A DNA stretch of 64,000 nucleotides, from NCBI GenBank assembly GCA_964016885.1, contig OZ024741.1, positions 179,924,001-179,988,000 of the forward strand, written 5' to 3'. Each line of letters starts with the position of its first letter. The first letter of the stretch is position 1. The notes below the pieces were generated by a model. It saw nothing but the letters and a program-made list of their open reading frames with translations. It ran no database searches and was not told the origin of the DNA. The stretch is from Eledone cirrhosa (Eukaryota). Shown piece after piece: positions 26,638 through 41,499 of this stretch. Position numbers and translations under genes: made by a program.

Positions 26638-27420
26638 TATATTAATTCAAAATATTAACAAAATAGATATTCTTGTTATCAATTATATTTTATTATACAT
26701 ATTTCAGAGATAAGTTCAACAGTACGTCCTCATCAGATAAAATAAGATGATGCATGACATACCCTGACATAGTAGATGGCTAAGATTCAGTCATGGTAGT
26801 GATTAACATATGACAAAACTCAATATTTATACCCTAATATTGAGAACATGAGAACAATATATAATACAAACAATAGAGAGGGTGCGTGTAATACAGCTTA
26901 AAAAATACATGGCATCAATATAACAGTTAAACATTTTTTTTAAACTACTGTTTTTTTCGAGGCACCTACTAAATATATGATCACATCAGCTGTTTCTTCC
27001 TCTATGCTTTCCTTTCTTTCCTCTTTCTTCAGAAGTTAAAAAAAAAAAATTTTAACTGTTATATTGATGCCATGTATTTTTTAAGCTCTATTACACGCAC
27101 CCTCTCTATTGTTTGTATTATATATTTTTCTCATGTTCTCAATATTAGGGTATAAATATTGACTAAATCTTAACCATCTACTATGTCAGGGTATGTCATG
27201 CATCATCTTATTTTATCTGATGAGGACGTACTGTTGAACTTAACTCAGTACCTCTGAAATATGTATAATAAAATATAATTTATCACAAGAATATCTATTT
27301 TGTTAATATTTTGAATTAATATTAATAATTCTGGAAAACATTTTTTGTTGAGTGCTTCCAACCTATTGTAAAACTCTCATTCTTTGATGTATTCATTGAA
27401 CCTTGTTTAACTTTTAAATA
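26638..27420. mobile_element. fold-back Penelope pLTR-like element with ~290-bp arms
   Basis: 26638-26935 is inverted at about 27050-27325; flanked by (TA)n. Confidence 0.8.
27209..27275 (+). ncRNA. type I hammerhead ribozyme (partly deleted inverted copy at 26686-26744)
   Basis: tattttat-CTGATGA-ggacgtactg...cagtacctct-GAAA-tatgt-ATA-ataaaata, with an 8-bp helix I. Confidence 0.8.
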
Positions 27421-28129
27421 TATATATGTATATATATATTTGTTTATATATATATATATATATGTTTATATATATATTTGTTTATACTATAATAAATATA
27501 TATATATTATAGTAAGTAGTTAACCGAACAGGGCTGTGTGGACCACATTGTGGTCTGTCGGTTGTGAAGTAGATAAAAGGATGTGCTGAACGACTTGTAT
27601 AAATGGGGCATATTCAGTTGGTTCAGGTACATTTAAAATCCGTTATATATATTTCGCTGAGGACTATCAGTTATGATAGTCTGAGTTTTTCAGACAGCAA
27701 AACCTATAAAACAATGGAAGTTTATAAAAGACCTTTAAGTGGAAAAATCCAATAATTTTTTTGAGAAACGTTTTTCTTACCCTGGACTGCCGTTTTCCTC
27801 TGTCAAATCTGAAGGAGCCTCGTGAGGTGGAACGACAGGTGTAGAGGGTATCTCTGTCTGTTCCCAGTGGCAATGCTTTTGCCATCTTGTCATCGAGGCA
27901 CAGCTAATATATACTGTCCAGTCAAGGGTGTAAAGTTTTACAGTTCCCCTTTTCTTTCTTTTTGTCTCCTAATGTTCTCTCTTTCTGTTTGTAAATCTAT
28001 ACAATTAAGTATAAATAAATATATATTTTTTATAATAATTTGAAGATATGCGATAAAGTTAGCAGGTTCCATCGAACCTCAAGATATAAAGTAAAGTAAA
28101 TAAGAATAAACTTATAGCTTTTGCTTGAC

Positions 28130-28730
28130 CATCACGTTTATCAGCCCAGTGTTATAGTTGATCTACATGGCACATTGTATCCCGTGTGACAGCTAATTAG
28201 CACGGTACATTAAGCCCAGTTTAAAAACTGATCCATATAGCATATTGTGTATACTCTCATAGTTGATCCTCACAGCAGATTACATTCAGTGTCATAGCTA
28301 ATCAACATGACACAGCACATTACATTCAGTGATCGGCATAGTACATTACATCCATTGTAATAACTGATCCACATACCACATTGTGTATACACTCATAGTT
28401 AATCCTCACAGCAGATTACATCCAGTGTCATAGCTAATCAACATGACATAATATATTAGGTTCAGTGATTGGCACAGTACATTACATATAGTGTGATAAC
28501 TAATCGGCACGGCACATTACGTCTACAGTGATAGCACATTGTATCTAGTGAGAGCTGATCCACACAGCACATTGCATCAGAATGTTAACTAATCCATACG
28601 GCACATTATTTCCAGAGTTAAAGCGGATCAACATGGAACAATGCCTCCAGTATGACAGCTGATCCACATTGCACATTATGATCAGTCTAATAGCTGATCC
28701 ACACGATATATTACGTCAAGTATGATCGTC
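28130..28730. repeat. degenerate ~33-bp minisatellite
   Basis: Recurrent gctgatccaca..gcacattgtatccagtgtgata. Confidence 0.75.
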
Positions 28731-29688
28731 CATTCACACTTTCATTACTATATTTCCATGAAAGACACTGCCTGTGATTTTCGAATGGTTTGGAAGTAAT
28801 CAAGAATTTGGAGAGATTTAGTAATATAAATAACTTTCTCATGTTCAAAACACCAGCTTAATAAAGCTGGTGTTTAGAACATGGCTTAACAAAGGATAGG
28901 GATTTTAGATGAATAAAAACACTTTAAAATGAACTGATCAGTATCGTAAAACCATGAGTGGTTCAAGCGGATCAGTATCATCCTATGAAAAATGTTCGAG
29001 CAGTTAATGTAACCTTTGTTAAAACATCAACTTTACGTTTGTTTTTTACCCACCCTACTGTCTTCATTCCCTTTTGATATATTTCTAGTCATATCGAATA
29101 AAACTGTTCCTATTCTATGTTTGTAAATGTTAAATCCAACAGCAACGATGATAGATGAGAAATACTCAGCAAATATATATTATTAAAAAAAATATAGTTA
29201 CTTTCATTCATTCATATATATCTATCTATCTATCTATATATAAATGCAAGTTTACGATTCTGTGTGTCCGCCTAAAACTAGCAAACTACCGGACCAAACT
29301 CCTCAAAATTACATATACATATTCACTATGCACTGGGACAGGTAACGGTCGAAAGAGTTTTACTTTCCAAAGCAAGGAATTAATTTAAATTCAATTTATC
29401 TTATTTTCTAATGAATATCAAAAGAGATAATCCATTTTGTTTTTTTATGTTCTCCTGTCTGTAGATAAGAGAGTGGGGGATGGGAGAGAGAAAGAGAGTG
29501 GGAGATGGGAGAGAGAGTAAGGGGATGAGAGAGAAAGAGAGAGAGAATGAGTGGATGGGAGAGAGAGAGTAAGGGGATGCGAGAGAGAAAGAAAGAGAGT
29601 GTGGGAGATGGGAGAGAGAGAGAGTAAGGGATGTGAGAGAGAAAGAAAGAGAGTAAGGGGTGAGAGAGAAAGAGAGAGAGTGGGAGAT

Positions 29689-29739
<51 letters not shown>

Positions 29740-30707
29740 AGTGGATGTGAGAGAGAAAGAAAGAGAGTAAGAGGATGAGAGAGAAAGACGATGAAAAAGA
29801 GAGAGGGAAAGCTTCCAGCGTTGTTAACTTTTATTTATTATTTTTACACACTTTTTAACTCTCCCGCTTCCTTAACGTTATTTATCTTTTCTTTATTTTT
29901 TGTTCTCTATTCTGTAGAGAGAGGGGGATGTGAGAGAGAGAGAGAGTAATGGGATGGAAGAGAGAGAGGGAAAGTAGCCAGCGTTCATTAACTTTTATTT
30001 ATTTATTATGTTTACACACTTCTTAACTCTCCCAATGTTATTTATCTTTTATTTATTTTTTGTTCGTTATTCTGTAAAGGATGAGAGAGAGAAAGAAAGA
30101 GAGGAGATGAGAAAGAGAAAGGGAGCGAGGCGGATGGGGAAAGAAAGACAATAAGAAAAGAGAAAAGATGGGAGAGAGAAAAAAAGTAAAGAGACAGGAC
30201 AGAGGGGAGTGATTGGAGGGATTCTTTACCTAACGTGTATCCGCGTTTATATATATATTTACGCATACATATTATTATGGGGGGTGCGCGTTCTTTAGTA
30301 GACGATATATGTTACCATCAAAACTTATTTTCTACATATATCTAAAGGAATCACAGATGCTTTTATAGAAGTTGTATATATGTATGTATTTAGCAGACAA
30401 AAATAAGCGGTATTTTTAAAAGATATTATTTGAATATATTATTTTCCGCTGTTATTTGAATTAACACAGAAAATATTTTTTTTTGTAGTGTTTGTCGTAT
30501 TTTTTTTTTGGGGGGGGGGGGGGGGGGTTGTTGATACAAATGATAATTTCAGTATACAATCTGAAATCCCAATATTTTCTATATATGTCTAAAATTAATT
30601 ACACCTAATATACATTCATATAAAGAGATCATTTAAAACAACTTTACTGAGTGAACAATACATTCTATAGTTGTTTCTATTACGGAAAGAGTGTGGTGTG
30701 TAATAAT

Positions 30708-30770
30708 TGTTTCTACTTTTGGCACAAGGCCAGCAATTATTCCAGTGCATAACTGGTACTTTATTTTATC
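30708..30770 (-). mobile_element. 5'-truncated SINE family A inserted in the Helitron
   Basis: Matches the SINE 3' end; 17-bp TSD gtgtggtgtgtaataat at 30691-30707 and 30771-30787. Confidence 0.88.
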
Positions 30771-30829
30771 GTGTGGTGTGTAATAATATCACTTCAAATC
30801 CCTAGAAAACGTTCCAGATCATTATATGG

Positions 30830-33800
30830 AAGGTCATCTTCAGAGGCTAGGAGAAAGAAAACACAGCGATCTGAAGAAAGTGAAGAAGTTCGGCATGCCC
30901 GTCTAGCTGCTAACAGAGCCCAAACAGCTTTAGCATGAGCACACCGTTTGGATGAAAAGGAACAAAGGACTGCTGCTACACGAGAACAACAAATTAAGGA
31001 ACAGCAACAAATCAGACGAAATGCTAATCAAGCACATCGTTCTACTGCCCGAGCAGGAAGACAAGCCACAAGTAAAATAAACTGGCTGATGGGTGCTTTT
31101 TCGTATGACCCCCAAAAGGACTACAGCAGTAATCCACAAATCAACATTGGGAAAATGAACAAATGCTACCAGTATTGTGGTGTCAAGAAGCGGGCAGCAG
31201 AAACACCAAGTATATGCTGCTCAAAAGGCAAAGTGAGCCTTAAAACAATACAAGAACCTTCTGAATTTCTGAAGAATCTGCTCCTTCAGAATACACCAGA
31301 AGCACGACACTTCAATAAATACATCATAAAATATAATTCTGCTTTTCAAATGACATCTTTTGGGGCTGACAGGAATGTGACTGACTTTAGATTCTGTACA
31401 ATTTATAAAATTCAGGGACAGTGTTACGACTTAATGGGTGGCCTTCTGCCACTTTCACAGGAGCCTCACAAATTTGTGCACGTTTACTTCATGGGTGGAA
31501 ATAAAACACAGGCACAACAAAGATGTACCAATGTCCATGGTGGATTGCAGTTCTACATAGTCATAAAGTTACAAGAAATGCTTCACCAACATCACATGTA
31601 TGTCAGTGTATTTAAATATGCACTGGAGCATATGAACAACACCAGAGATCGTAAAATCACCATTAGGGCAGACAAACGCCCAGCTTCAGAACATGAATGC
31701 AGATTCAATGCACCTGTCACTGATGAAGTTGCAATCATAATGGTTGATGAACAACATGAACGACGCGACATTGTTTTGCAAAAACGAAGTGGACATTTGG
31801 AGCGAATTTGTGAAACTCATAGAGCGTATGATTCACTCCAATATCTGCTCATCTTTTGGAATGGTCAAGATGGATATCATTTTCAGCTACGGCAGATCAA
31901 CCCAGGAACGGGACAAGAAACTGCCGATCAATCAGCTGCAAATAATTCTATGCTTTCATGGTACATGATCACTTCAACCAAGTTCTGCGATTCAAAGAAG
32001 TAACCAGCCAGTTCATGGTGGACATGTATGCCAAAATTGAAACAGAAAGATTGGGTTTTCTGCGAAGGAATCAAACTAAGTTGAGGGCAGATAACTACAT
32101 CCACCTTAGAGATGCTATCAATTCTGATGTTGACCCAAGAAATATTGGCCAGCCAGTCATACTACCATCAAGCTTCACGGAAGGACCACGTTACATGCAT
32201 GAACGTACGCAAGATGCAATGGCCTATGTCAGAAAATTTGGTCGGCCAGATCTCTTCATTACATTTACATGCAATTCAAACTGGTCAGAAATATCAAATG
32301 AATTATTTCAAAATCAAAAACCAAAGGATCGACATGACCTCATTGCTCGGGTTTCCCATGAAAAGCAAATAAAACTCATCTGGCTCCTAAAAGAAGGAAG
32401 AATCTTTGGTGGGCTTAGTGCTTGGATGACCACTATTGAGTGGCAGACCGGAGGTCTTCCTCACTCTCACACACTAATCTGGTGCAAGGAGAAGATAAGA
32501 CCAGATGATGTTGATAAGATCATTTCAGCAGAGTTGCCTGATAAAGGTACTGATCCAGAGCTCTTTAAAACCATCAAGTCCAAACTCATTCATGGTCCAT
32601 GTGGAGTCATCAATCCAGCCTATCTCTGCATGAAAGATAAAAAATGCAGCAAACATTATACTAAAGCTTTTATTCGGGAAACTCGGACTGACAATAATGG
32701 ATACCCACTTTATCGTAGGCGTAGACCAGAACATGGAGGCAATACTGCAAGCCTAACAGTTCGAGGAGAGGAGCTGACCATAAACAATCAGTGGGTCGTC
32801 CCACACAACAAATTGTTGTGTAAACTTTTAAATGCTCATATCATATGTTGAGTATTGCAGCTCCGTCAAGGCCGTCCTATATGTCACAAAATATATCAAC
32901 AAGGGCAGTGACATGGCTACCTTTATTAATGACAAAGAACTCAATGATGGTGGGCTGGATGGGGTCAAACGGTATCAAACAGGTCGATACATCTCCAGCA
33001 ATGAAGCTATCTGGCAAATCTTTGGATTTGATATCCACCAATGCCACCCAACAGTGGTCAACCTCGCAGTCCATCTGAAAAATGGACAGAAAGTGTACTT
33101 CACTGAGATCACTGCTCATCAGTTGGCACAAGAATCACATGACACTACACTAACTGCTTTCTTTAAACTCTGCCAGAATGATGAATTTGCTCGATCTCTC
33201 CTATATGCTGAAGTCCCAACATACTACACCTGGACCAATTGCAAGACCTGGAATCGAAGAAAGCAGGGTCATTTAGTGGAAGGTCATGAAGTCAAGTCAA
33301 GTGATGCTATTGGGCGTGTTTACAATGTCCATCCCAACAACAGAGAATGTTTTTATTTACGGCTACTTCTGCATACTGTTCGAGGACCAACGTCATTTGA
33401 GGATCTTAGGTGCTTCAGAGGAAGGAAGTGCGCAACATACCAAGAAGCATGTAAACAGCATGGACTCCTGCATGACAATGGACACTGGAAGAAGTGCCTA
33501 AAAGAAGCAGCAATCACTGGAAGAAGTGCCTAAAAGAAGCAGCAATTATTTGCTATTATGCTCACAGCATGTGGATTTGATGAAGCTCATTTACTATGGC
33601 AGGAGTACAAAAACAATATGTCGGGCGACTATCTAGACCTAGCCCGAAGACATCATGGCAATATGTATATGAAATATACCCCCAGGATTTACAATCAAGC
33701 TCTCTGTGACCTGTTCCATCGAGTTCAGGCAATGAATAGCACATTAGCTAACTGCTGGATGCCAGAGCCAGATGAAGAAATGGAGGTAGCACAAGACATT

Positions 33801-35190
33801 TTTCAGGAGACAAACTACGATATTCAAGCATTGCGTAAGTTCGTGGATGAAAATGAACCTCGATTAATGGATGACCAGAAATACGCCTACCACATCAGCG
33901 AAAACATTCAAAATGACAGGGGAGGACTTTTCTTCATCGATGCTCCTGCTGGCACAGGCAAGACATTCCTCATAAACCTCCTGCTTGCAAAAGTTCGCCA
34001 AAAGCAACATATTGTCCTTACTGTGGCTTCAAGTGGCATTGCAGCAACACTTCTGGATGGAGGAAGAACTGCACACTCCATGTTTAAGCTGCCATTAGAT
34101 CTCACACGGCATGAACAATCTGTTTGCAACATCAAGAAGAACTCACTCAAGGGCAAGCTTCTGCAAACATGCAAGATGATAATTTGAGATGAAGCTACTA
34201 TGAGCCATAAAGGAGCAATTGAAACTTTGGACCGGACGATAAGGGATCTGAGAGAAAATAGTTGATAATGGGAGGAGTGACTATGGTTCTTGCTGGTGAT
34301 TTCCGACAAACTCTGCTTGTAATTCTTCGAGGGACTCGAGCTGATCAGGTCAATGCCTGTCTGAAAACATCCTATCTCTGGCCCCACTTTCATCTGCTGA
34401 GCCTTACAACCAACATGCGAATGCACTTAACTGGTGATGAAGGTGTCAGTGAGTTTGCCATCCAACTACTTAAATTTGGAAATGGACTTCTTGAAAAGGA
34501 CTCCAATGGCCATATTCAGTTGTCATTTGACACAGAACAAGAACTGATTGCCAAAATGTTTCCAAACATTCAGACCAGGCAATATGATCCGAAATGGCTC
34601 TGTGAAAGAGCAATCTTAGCACCTAAAAATGTTGCTGTGAAAGAAATCAACAGAAGGCTGCTGGAGATGTTACCGGGAGAGAAAATATGCTACAAATCAG
34701 TTGACACAATCACTTCTCAAGGTTGTAAACTATCCAACTGAATTTTTTAACAATCTTGAACAAGCGGGAATTCCTCCACACAACGTGATACTGAAGCTAG
34801 GAGCTTCGGTTATGCTACTTCGCAATCTGGATCCTCCAAAACTTTGTAATGGCACAAGACTCATCATCAAAAATATGATGTCCAATGTTCTAGAAGTTGC
34901 AATCATGTCAAGAAAATTTGCTGGTGACATTCCCAGAATACCTCTGAAGCCAACTGATTTGCCATTTGAATTTCAAAGACTTCAATTTCCGATCAGGCTC
35001 AGTTTTGCCATGACCATTAATAAATCTCAAGGGCAATCATTGAAAGTCGTTGGGTTGAATCTGGCATATCCTGTCTTTTCACATGGTCAACTCTATGTTG
35101 GCACAACAAGGGTTGGGAACCCTGATTGTCTCTTCATTGTGGCACCACAGGGAAAACATCAAGAATGTTGTTTATCCAGAGACTTTGGAA
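30830..35190 (+). pseudogene. Helitron Rep (HUH-Y2) / PIF1-like helicase, with frameshifts and stops
   Basis: Motifs DLFITFT, EWQTGGLPHSH, YVTKY, DAPAGTGKT, GDFRQ, LCNGTRL, FAMTINKSQGQ, HGQLYV spread across six or seven frames. Confidence 0.95.
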
Positions 35191-36104
35191 TGAACAATGT
35201 CGTAATTCCTCATTCAATGACAATACACACAGATCCTAATTACTTAGTCATGTAATTTGCAAGGAATTCTGAAGCCGCAAATTTACTGCATGGTTTTACT
35301 TTGGAAGAATATGCAGGCATTCCCGGGTACCTCTGCTATATAAAGTAGTATAAGTGATGACTTTGTTGGGTAGAAATAGCAACCAAATTTCCTTCAAATC
35401 CCACCTTACTTTCTCAGGTATGTATATATGTATGAAGCAAAAAGGAATGGTTCTATAAGATAACTCGATCTATTAGAAATATTAGCAAATCACAAATAAC
35501 TGTCTTACACACATACATGTGTGTGTATGTATCTATGTATGTCATGTGAGCCACTATAACTGTTGGTATAGCTAATAAAAATAGAAAACAAATCTCCCTC
35601 AAACAAGATCCTACTGCCATAGAGGCAAAGATTGGTGAAAGTTACAGTGTACAAACTTGAATACACTTTCCCCGAATTACAGAAATGAGTAAGTAAATGC
35701 TTCATTCAATCATAAACCAATGCTAAATTTATTTCCTTATTTTATTTATGGTTTTTAAAATAGTCTTTACATGTTTGAATTTCAGAGGTTCAGATTGAGC
35801 AAAAAAAAAAAAAAAAAGAAAGAAAAGGATAAATAAAAAAAATCTAAATGTATTTTTTTGGTCATGCCCTTTTCACTGACAACATACCTAATGATTCATC
35901 TATGAGTAAAGCATTATATATGGTGACTGTAATGGGGAGCAGTATTCAAAAAATCACCACTGGAAAAAACTTATATTTTTATCTAGATGATTTACTTTGA
36001 CCAAACGGCAATAAATATTCTGCTATAATTCCTACTTTGGTTAAAATCATATTTGAATGGTCAAATATTTTGTAATGTGTGCCAAATATATATATATATA
36101 TATA

Positions 36105-37075
36105 TATTAAGTGTAATTAATTCTTTTACAATGGAATTAGCTCAAAAGGAAATATTCCTGAGCCGTGTATAAAAGTAATATATATGAGTAATATATATGA
36201 TGAAACAGATACCAACACATCTGTATTTATATTGCAAAAGAAAGTTAGCCAGAATGAAGAATATTAATTATTTTACCACAGTTCGTCCACATCGATTTAA
36301 AATAATAAATCGACAAAAACTAGCTGCGCTGCCAAATGGCTATGATGTTTATACATATTTAAACTTCAAAGTCAAACCTGTTCAGTAGATAAGTTTAAAC
36401 CTCAAAATCCAAACATGTTTCGAGATGAATATAAGTGTAGGAATATCATGCCACTGCTCTCCTCAGTAAACATCCAGAGACAATTGATAAGCTTCACTTC
36501 TAAATAATTTAAAAGACTGTGTGACGCACATGGGTTCACAGATTCAAGCTAGTCTCATAACCGTACTGCTAGAAATAACAGTCGTATATATGAGGCGAAT
36601 TTCAGCTCGACGAAGAGCAGTTATATTAAGTGTAATTAATTCTTTTACAATGGAATTAGCTCAAAAGGAAATATTTCTGAGCCGTGTATAAAAGTAATAT
36701 ATATGAGTAATATATATGATGAAACAGATACCAACACATCTGTATTTATATTGCAAAAGAAAGTTAGCCAGAATGAAGAATATTAATTATTTTACCACAG
36801 TTCGTCCACATCGATTTAAAATAATAAATCGACAAAAACTAGCTGCGCTGCCAGGAGAGCAGTGGCATGATATTCCTACACTTATATTCATCTCGAAACA
36901 TGTTTGGATTTTGAGGTTTAAACTTATCTACTGAACAGGTTTGACTTTGAAGTTTAAATATGTATAAACATCATAGCCATTTGGCAGCGCAGCTAGTTTT
37001 TGTCGATTTATTATTTTAAATCGATGTGGACGAACTGTGGTAAAATAATTAATATTCTTCATTCTGGCTAACTTT

Positions 37076-37078
<3 letters not shown>
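36105..37078. mobile_element. 519-nt HHR monomer: partial tandem plus inverted segment, flanked by (TA)n
   Basis: gtgtaattaattcttttacaatgg at 36111 and 36630. From about 36853 the sequence is the reverse complement of about 36240-36462. Confidence 0.88.
36408..36470 (-). ncRNA. minimal type I hammerhead ribozyme
   Basis: Minus strand reads ttta-CTGAGGA-gag...ctc-GAAA-cat-GTT-tgga. Palindromic AACATGTT; helix I is weak (G-U rich). Confidence 0.65.
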
Positions 37079-37110
<32 letters not shown>

Positions 37111-37849
37111 ATGGAGGAGAGTTAGCTGCTGTTTCTAGCAAGTTTAGTGACCTCACAGAGGATATGTGTTTTCTAAATTTAAGACAGTAGGGAGGGGTGT
37201 GATATGGGGGAGAGTTAGCTGCTGTTTCTAGCAGGTTTAGTGACCTCATAGAGGATACTATTGTGTATAGTAAATTAACTGATTCTTCTTTCTTCCACGT
37301 TCGTTGAGAGATGTTTTAAAAAAGATTTATCGCTATTTTTTTTGTTGTAGAATAAATTTATCTGTTGCTTATGAATAATTGTTGTTTCGACTCAAAATCA
37401 TACGTTCTCTCTCTCTCTCACTCTCACTCTCTTCTCTCTCGCACTCTCTCCTTCATTTCTTTCTCTCTTCTTTCTTCGGCGTTCCTAAAGGAAGTTTGTA
37501 AGTTTAAGCGTGTATAAGAGAAAGTTTCAGCATGTATGTAGTTTTATCGTATTTTAAGGGGAGTAGAGAGAGGGTATCAAATTGTATTAGAGGAGTAAAG
37601 CGTCATGTATTTAGTTTTATCGATTATTTCCATAATTGTGGGTGAGTTTGAAATAAATAAATAGTCGTTGACCTAAGTTAGACCATTTACAACATTCTTA
37701 CAGACGTTGAGTCATATCGGTTTGAAATTGTGCAAATGTATACACATGGAACATGCACATACACACACACACAACAACAATCTGCCTTTTATAGATAATT
37801 GTTTCTACTTTAGGCACAAGGCCAGCAATTACCCAGTGAAACAATAAAT

Positions 37850-38157
<308 letters not shown>

Positions 38158-38467
38158 TTGCATTCGTAAGGCGAAGAACTTGCTGGAAAGACTATTTGCT
38201 TGTTAATTATACTGACACTTCATGTTAGGGCTTAACCTTCATTCAAAATCTGTTACATTTCAACAAAAGTATTTATGCTTCTAAACTTATGCCTCAAATA
38301 TTTACATCCAAACTGTTGTTTCTGCCCTATTGTGCTTCATTAGTGCGAACTAACTGTACATATAGTGAATTTAATAATTCACTATATGTACAGGCACTAG
38401 TGCTTCTCGGCACTGCACAGAGCAGACGCACTATGGGCTATGTATTTTCGTCTTCTGCTAGACAGAA

Positions 38468-38760
38468 TTCTTCTTCTTCTTCTTCTTCTTCTTCTTCTTC
38501 TTCTTCTTCTTCTTCTTCTTCTTCTTCTTCTTCTTCTTCTTCTTCTTCTTCTTCTTCTTCCTGAGAGGAGGCTTTTGGAGGCAGCCTCAAACACTCCCTC
38601 CAGTGGGTCCTGTCAGAAGCAACCGTCTCCAACTGATCCGGTTGGATCCCCAAACGTGACCAGCCAAACTCATGGATGTTATCCAACCATCTTTCCCGGA
38701 GTCTTCTTCTTTACGCGTCAGATTCCTTACAGTCGATATCTGCTAAAAAGGAAATCCTAG
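38468..38760 (-). mobile_element. RTE-like LINE 3' end with (GAA)n tail
   Basis: WMDNI...ASDRTHWR peptide followed by (gaa)n at 38468-38560. Confidence 0.7.
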
Positions 38761-39192
38761 AATACAGGGTTCGAATTCAGTTAGATTTTATTTTAAGGTG
38801 TTTACCTTTCATGTGTATTTTTATGGTTATATTCTGCATTCACTTTGTGCTTGAAATGGTAGTTAGAGACATCCCAATATAGATATATATATATATTTCG
38901 TTTCTGAATTTGTTTAGCAAGATTCTTTATCTGAAAACGTGTGTTGAAACCGATATTGTTATACTTTAGGAGGGTCATGTTGCCAATAAGAAACACACGC
39001 ACCAGTTGCTTTCACTTCAATTTATTATTATAAATTTATAAATTTAGGAATTTATAAATTTCCGGTTGGTTGGTTGATTCCACAACCAGAGGATTGTTTA
39101 TATATTGTCAAAGTTCTTTCGTCACACATTCTGTGACCTCTTCAGTGACTGGAGATTCTTTTCTTTGTTTTTGTCCTACGCCATCTTGTTTT

Positions 39193-39333
<141 letters not shown>

Positions 39334-39508
39334 TATATATATAATATATATATATATATGATATATATATATACACATATGATATATATATCATATATCA
39401 CATATATATATATTATATATCATATATATAAGTATATATATATTCATATATATATATGTTCTGTCCTACGCCATCTTGTTTTTGTTCTGTCCTACACCAT
39501 CTTGTTTT

Positions 39509-39610
<102 letters not shown>

Positions 39611-39872
39611 GGTATATATATAATATATATATATATATATGATATATATATACACATATGATATATATCATATATCACATATATATATATTATATATCAT
39701 ATATATAAGTATATATATATTCATATATATATACATATATATGTAAAAGTTCTATTTAAATTGTTGGGATACAACAAGCAAATATTTTTATAACTGATAT
39801 AAAGCACTCAACAAATATTTGGAGTAAAAATACGATATTAACAAATGGAAACTATATTTATAAAACCATATT

Positions 39873-39937
39873 TATTTCATTATACATATTTCAAGGACAC
39901 CAAGTTAAATTATGGTGTGCTTTCATCAGACAAAATA
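39873..39937 (-). ncRNA. hammerhead ribozyme in the Penelope pLTR (inverted copy at 43217-43281, +)
   Basis: tattttgt-CTGATGA-aagcacacca-taatttaact-tggtgtcctt-GAAA-tatgt-ATA-atgaaata. Confidence 0.85.
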
Positions 39938-40103
39938 TAATATAGATCAGTTTTATAAATAAATATTGACATACCCTTAAAAATGCAACCATTACTGTTG
40001 GAAGCTCCAGGATTGTGGAGTTGTTTAATTATATTATTATTAGTATTGGATATTTTTATTTTTAAAATAAGCCGTTGGGTTACAGAAAAAGAAAAAAGAT
40101 AAA

Positions 40104-40207
<104 letters not shown>

Positions 40208-41499
40208 AAAACAACAGAAAGAGGAAGATATATATAGAGAGAGAGGAGACAGAAAGAAGGGGAGAGAACGAAAACTCTAAGTCATATCTTGAGGAGTTAA
40301 CTTAACAATTGAGATGAAATGAATAAATAAAATTAGAAATGTTAATGATCATGAATGGAATATACATATATAATATGAGAAATTAACCATTGTTTAAATA
40401 TGATTAGATGTTTAGTTAATCATTTAAAAATTGAGATCAATATATTAAAAATTGGGATCTATACATTAAGAAATCCATATATTACTAGAGAACTACATAT
40501 CATATAACACGTATACACACGCAAAAATACATATAAATATATATACACACTTATAAAATACATAACATATCTAACTACGTATACAATATATACACACAAA
40601 GCATAAAGGATTCTTTAATTTAATTTAAGATATAGGAATCTTAAAAATGTTATAAGTGTTAAGATATTAAAGGAAATTTTATGTTATACACACTTTATGT
40701 TATTAAACAAAATTTTTTTTATATAAGTTTTATAAGATTACCTGTTATGTATTTATGGCTGTTATTATATGTCTATCTGTCACGAATCTTGGGATAATCA
40801 CTATACATAAGTGCAATGAAATTGTATGGATATACACACACACGCATATACACAATTCTCACATATACATATATATACATGTGTGTGTACCCTCAGCCAA
40901 TAGGTAGATACGCATCACGCATACATATACATACAGACAGACATACATTCATAAAAACATATGTACATGTATGTCAATACACACATATACATATATACTC
41001 ACATATAGAGAGAAGTATATATAAATACAGTACATAGTATAATTGAGTACATAAAATACAAAAGAATTATATTACAATTTGGAAATATAATTATAAGCAA
41101 TATAACTTTAAAAGCAATACAATTTTAAAATATTATAGAATATTTTAAGTTATAATTTCAAAATAATAGTACGTTTAATAGATTTAGTATAAAAATTCAT
41201 CTTACGTATATTTAACTCAAAATTTTGAAAGGATAAACTTTCGAAAATAGGAGAAGCTATCAGAACAATAAAAAAACAATAAAAAATAAGAAATAGGAAA
41301 TATTTTCTCCTTTCAAGAGCTCTCAATATATTTCTCTAGAATAGTTTATTATATTTATATTATTTATATTTAGGAAGAAAAGTTATTTTTACTTGAGTGT
41401 ATAATCAGTCAAAAAAGATAAAGGAATCTAATGATTTATCGACAGGTTCAATATATTAATAAAATTAATTAATTAATTATATACTACATTTTAAATTTA

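Larger units (their letters stand above)
29233..35339 (+). mobile_element. Helitron (autonomous type, decayed)
   Basis: Probable 5' TC start (tctatatataaatgc), a Rep/Hel coding region, and a 3' GC-rich segment ending ctgcta. Termini are approximate. Confidence 0.85.

Noticed and set aside
28130-28730. Possible repetitive coding exon (33-bp period)
   Set aside because: No sustained ORF or convincing splice signals; treated as a degenerate minisatellite.
33483-33546. ~32-bp direct repeat in the Helitron ORF
   Set aside because: Local duplication that disrupts the frame, ordinary decay. Similar cases at 2680-2732 and 41852-41895.
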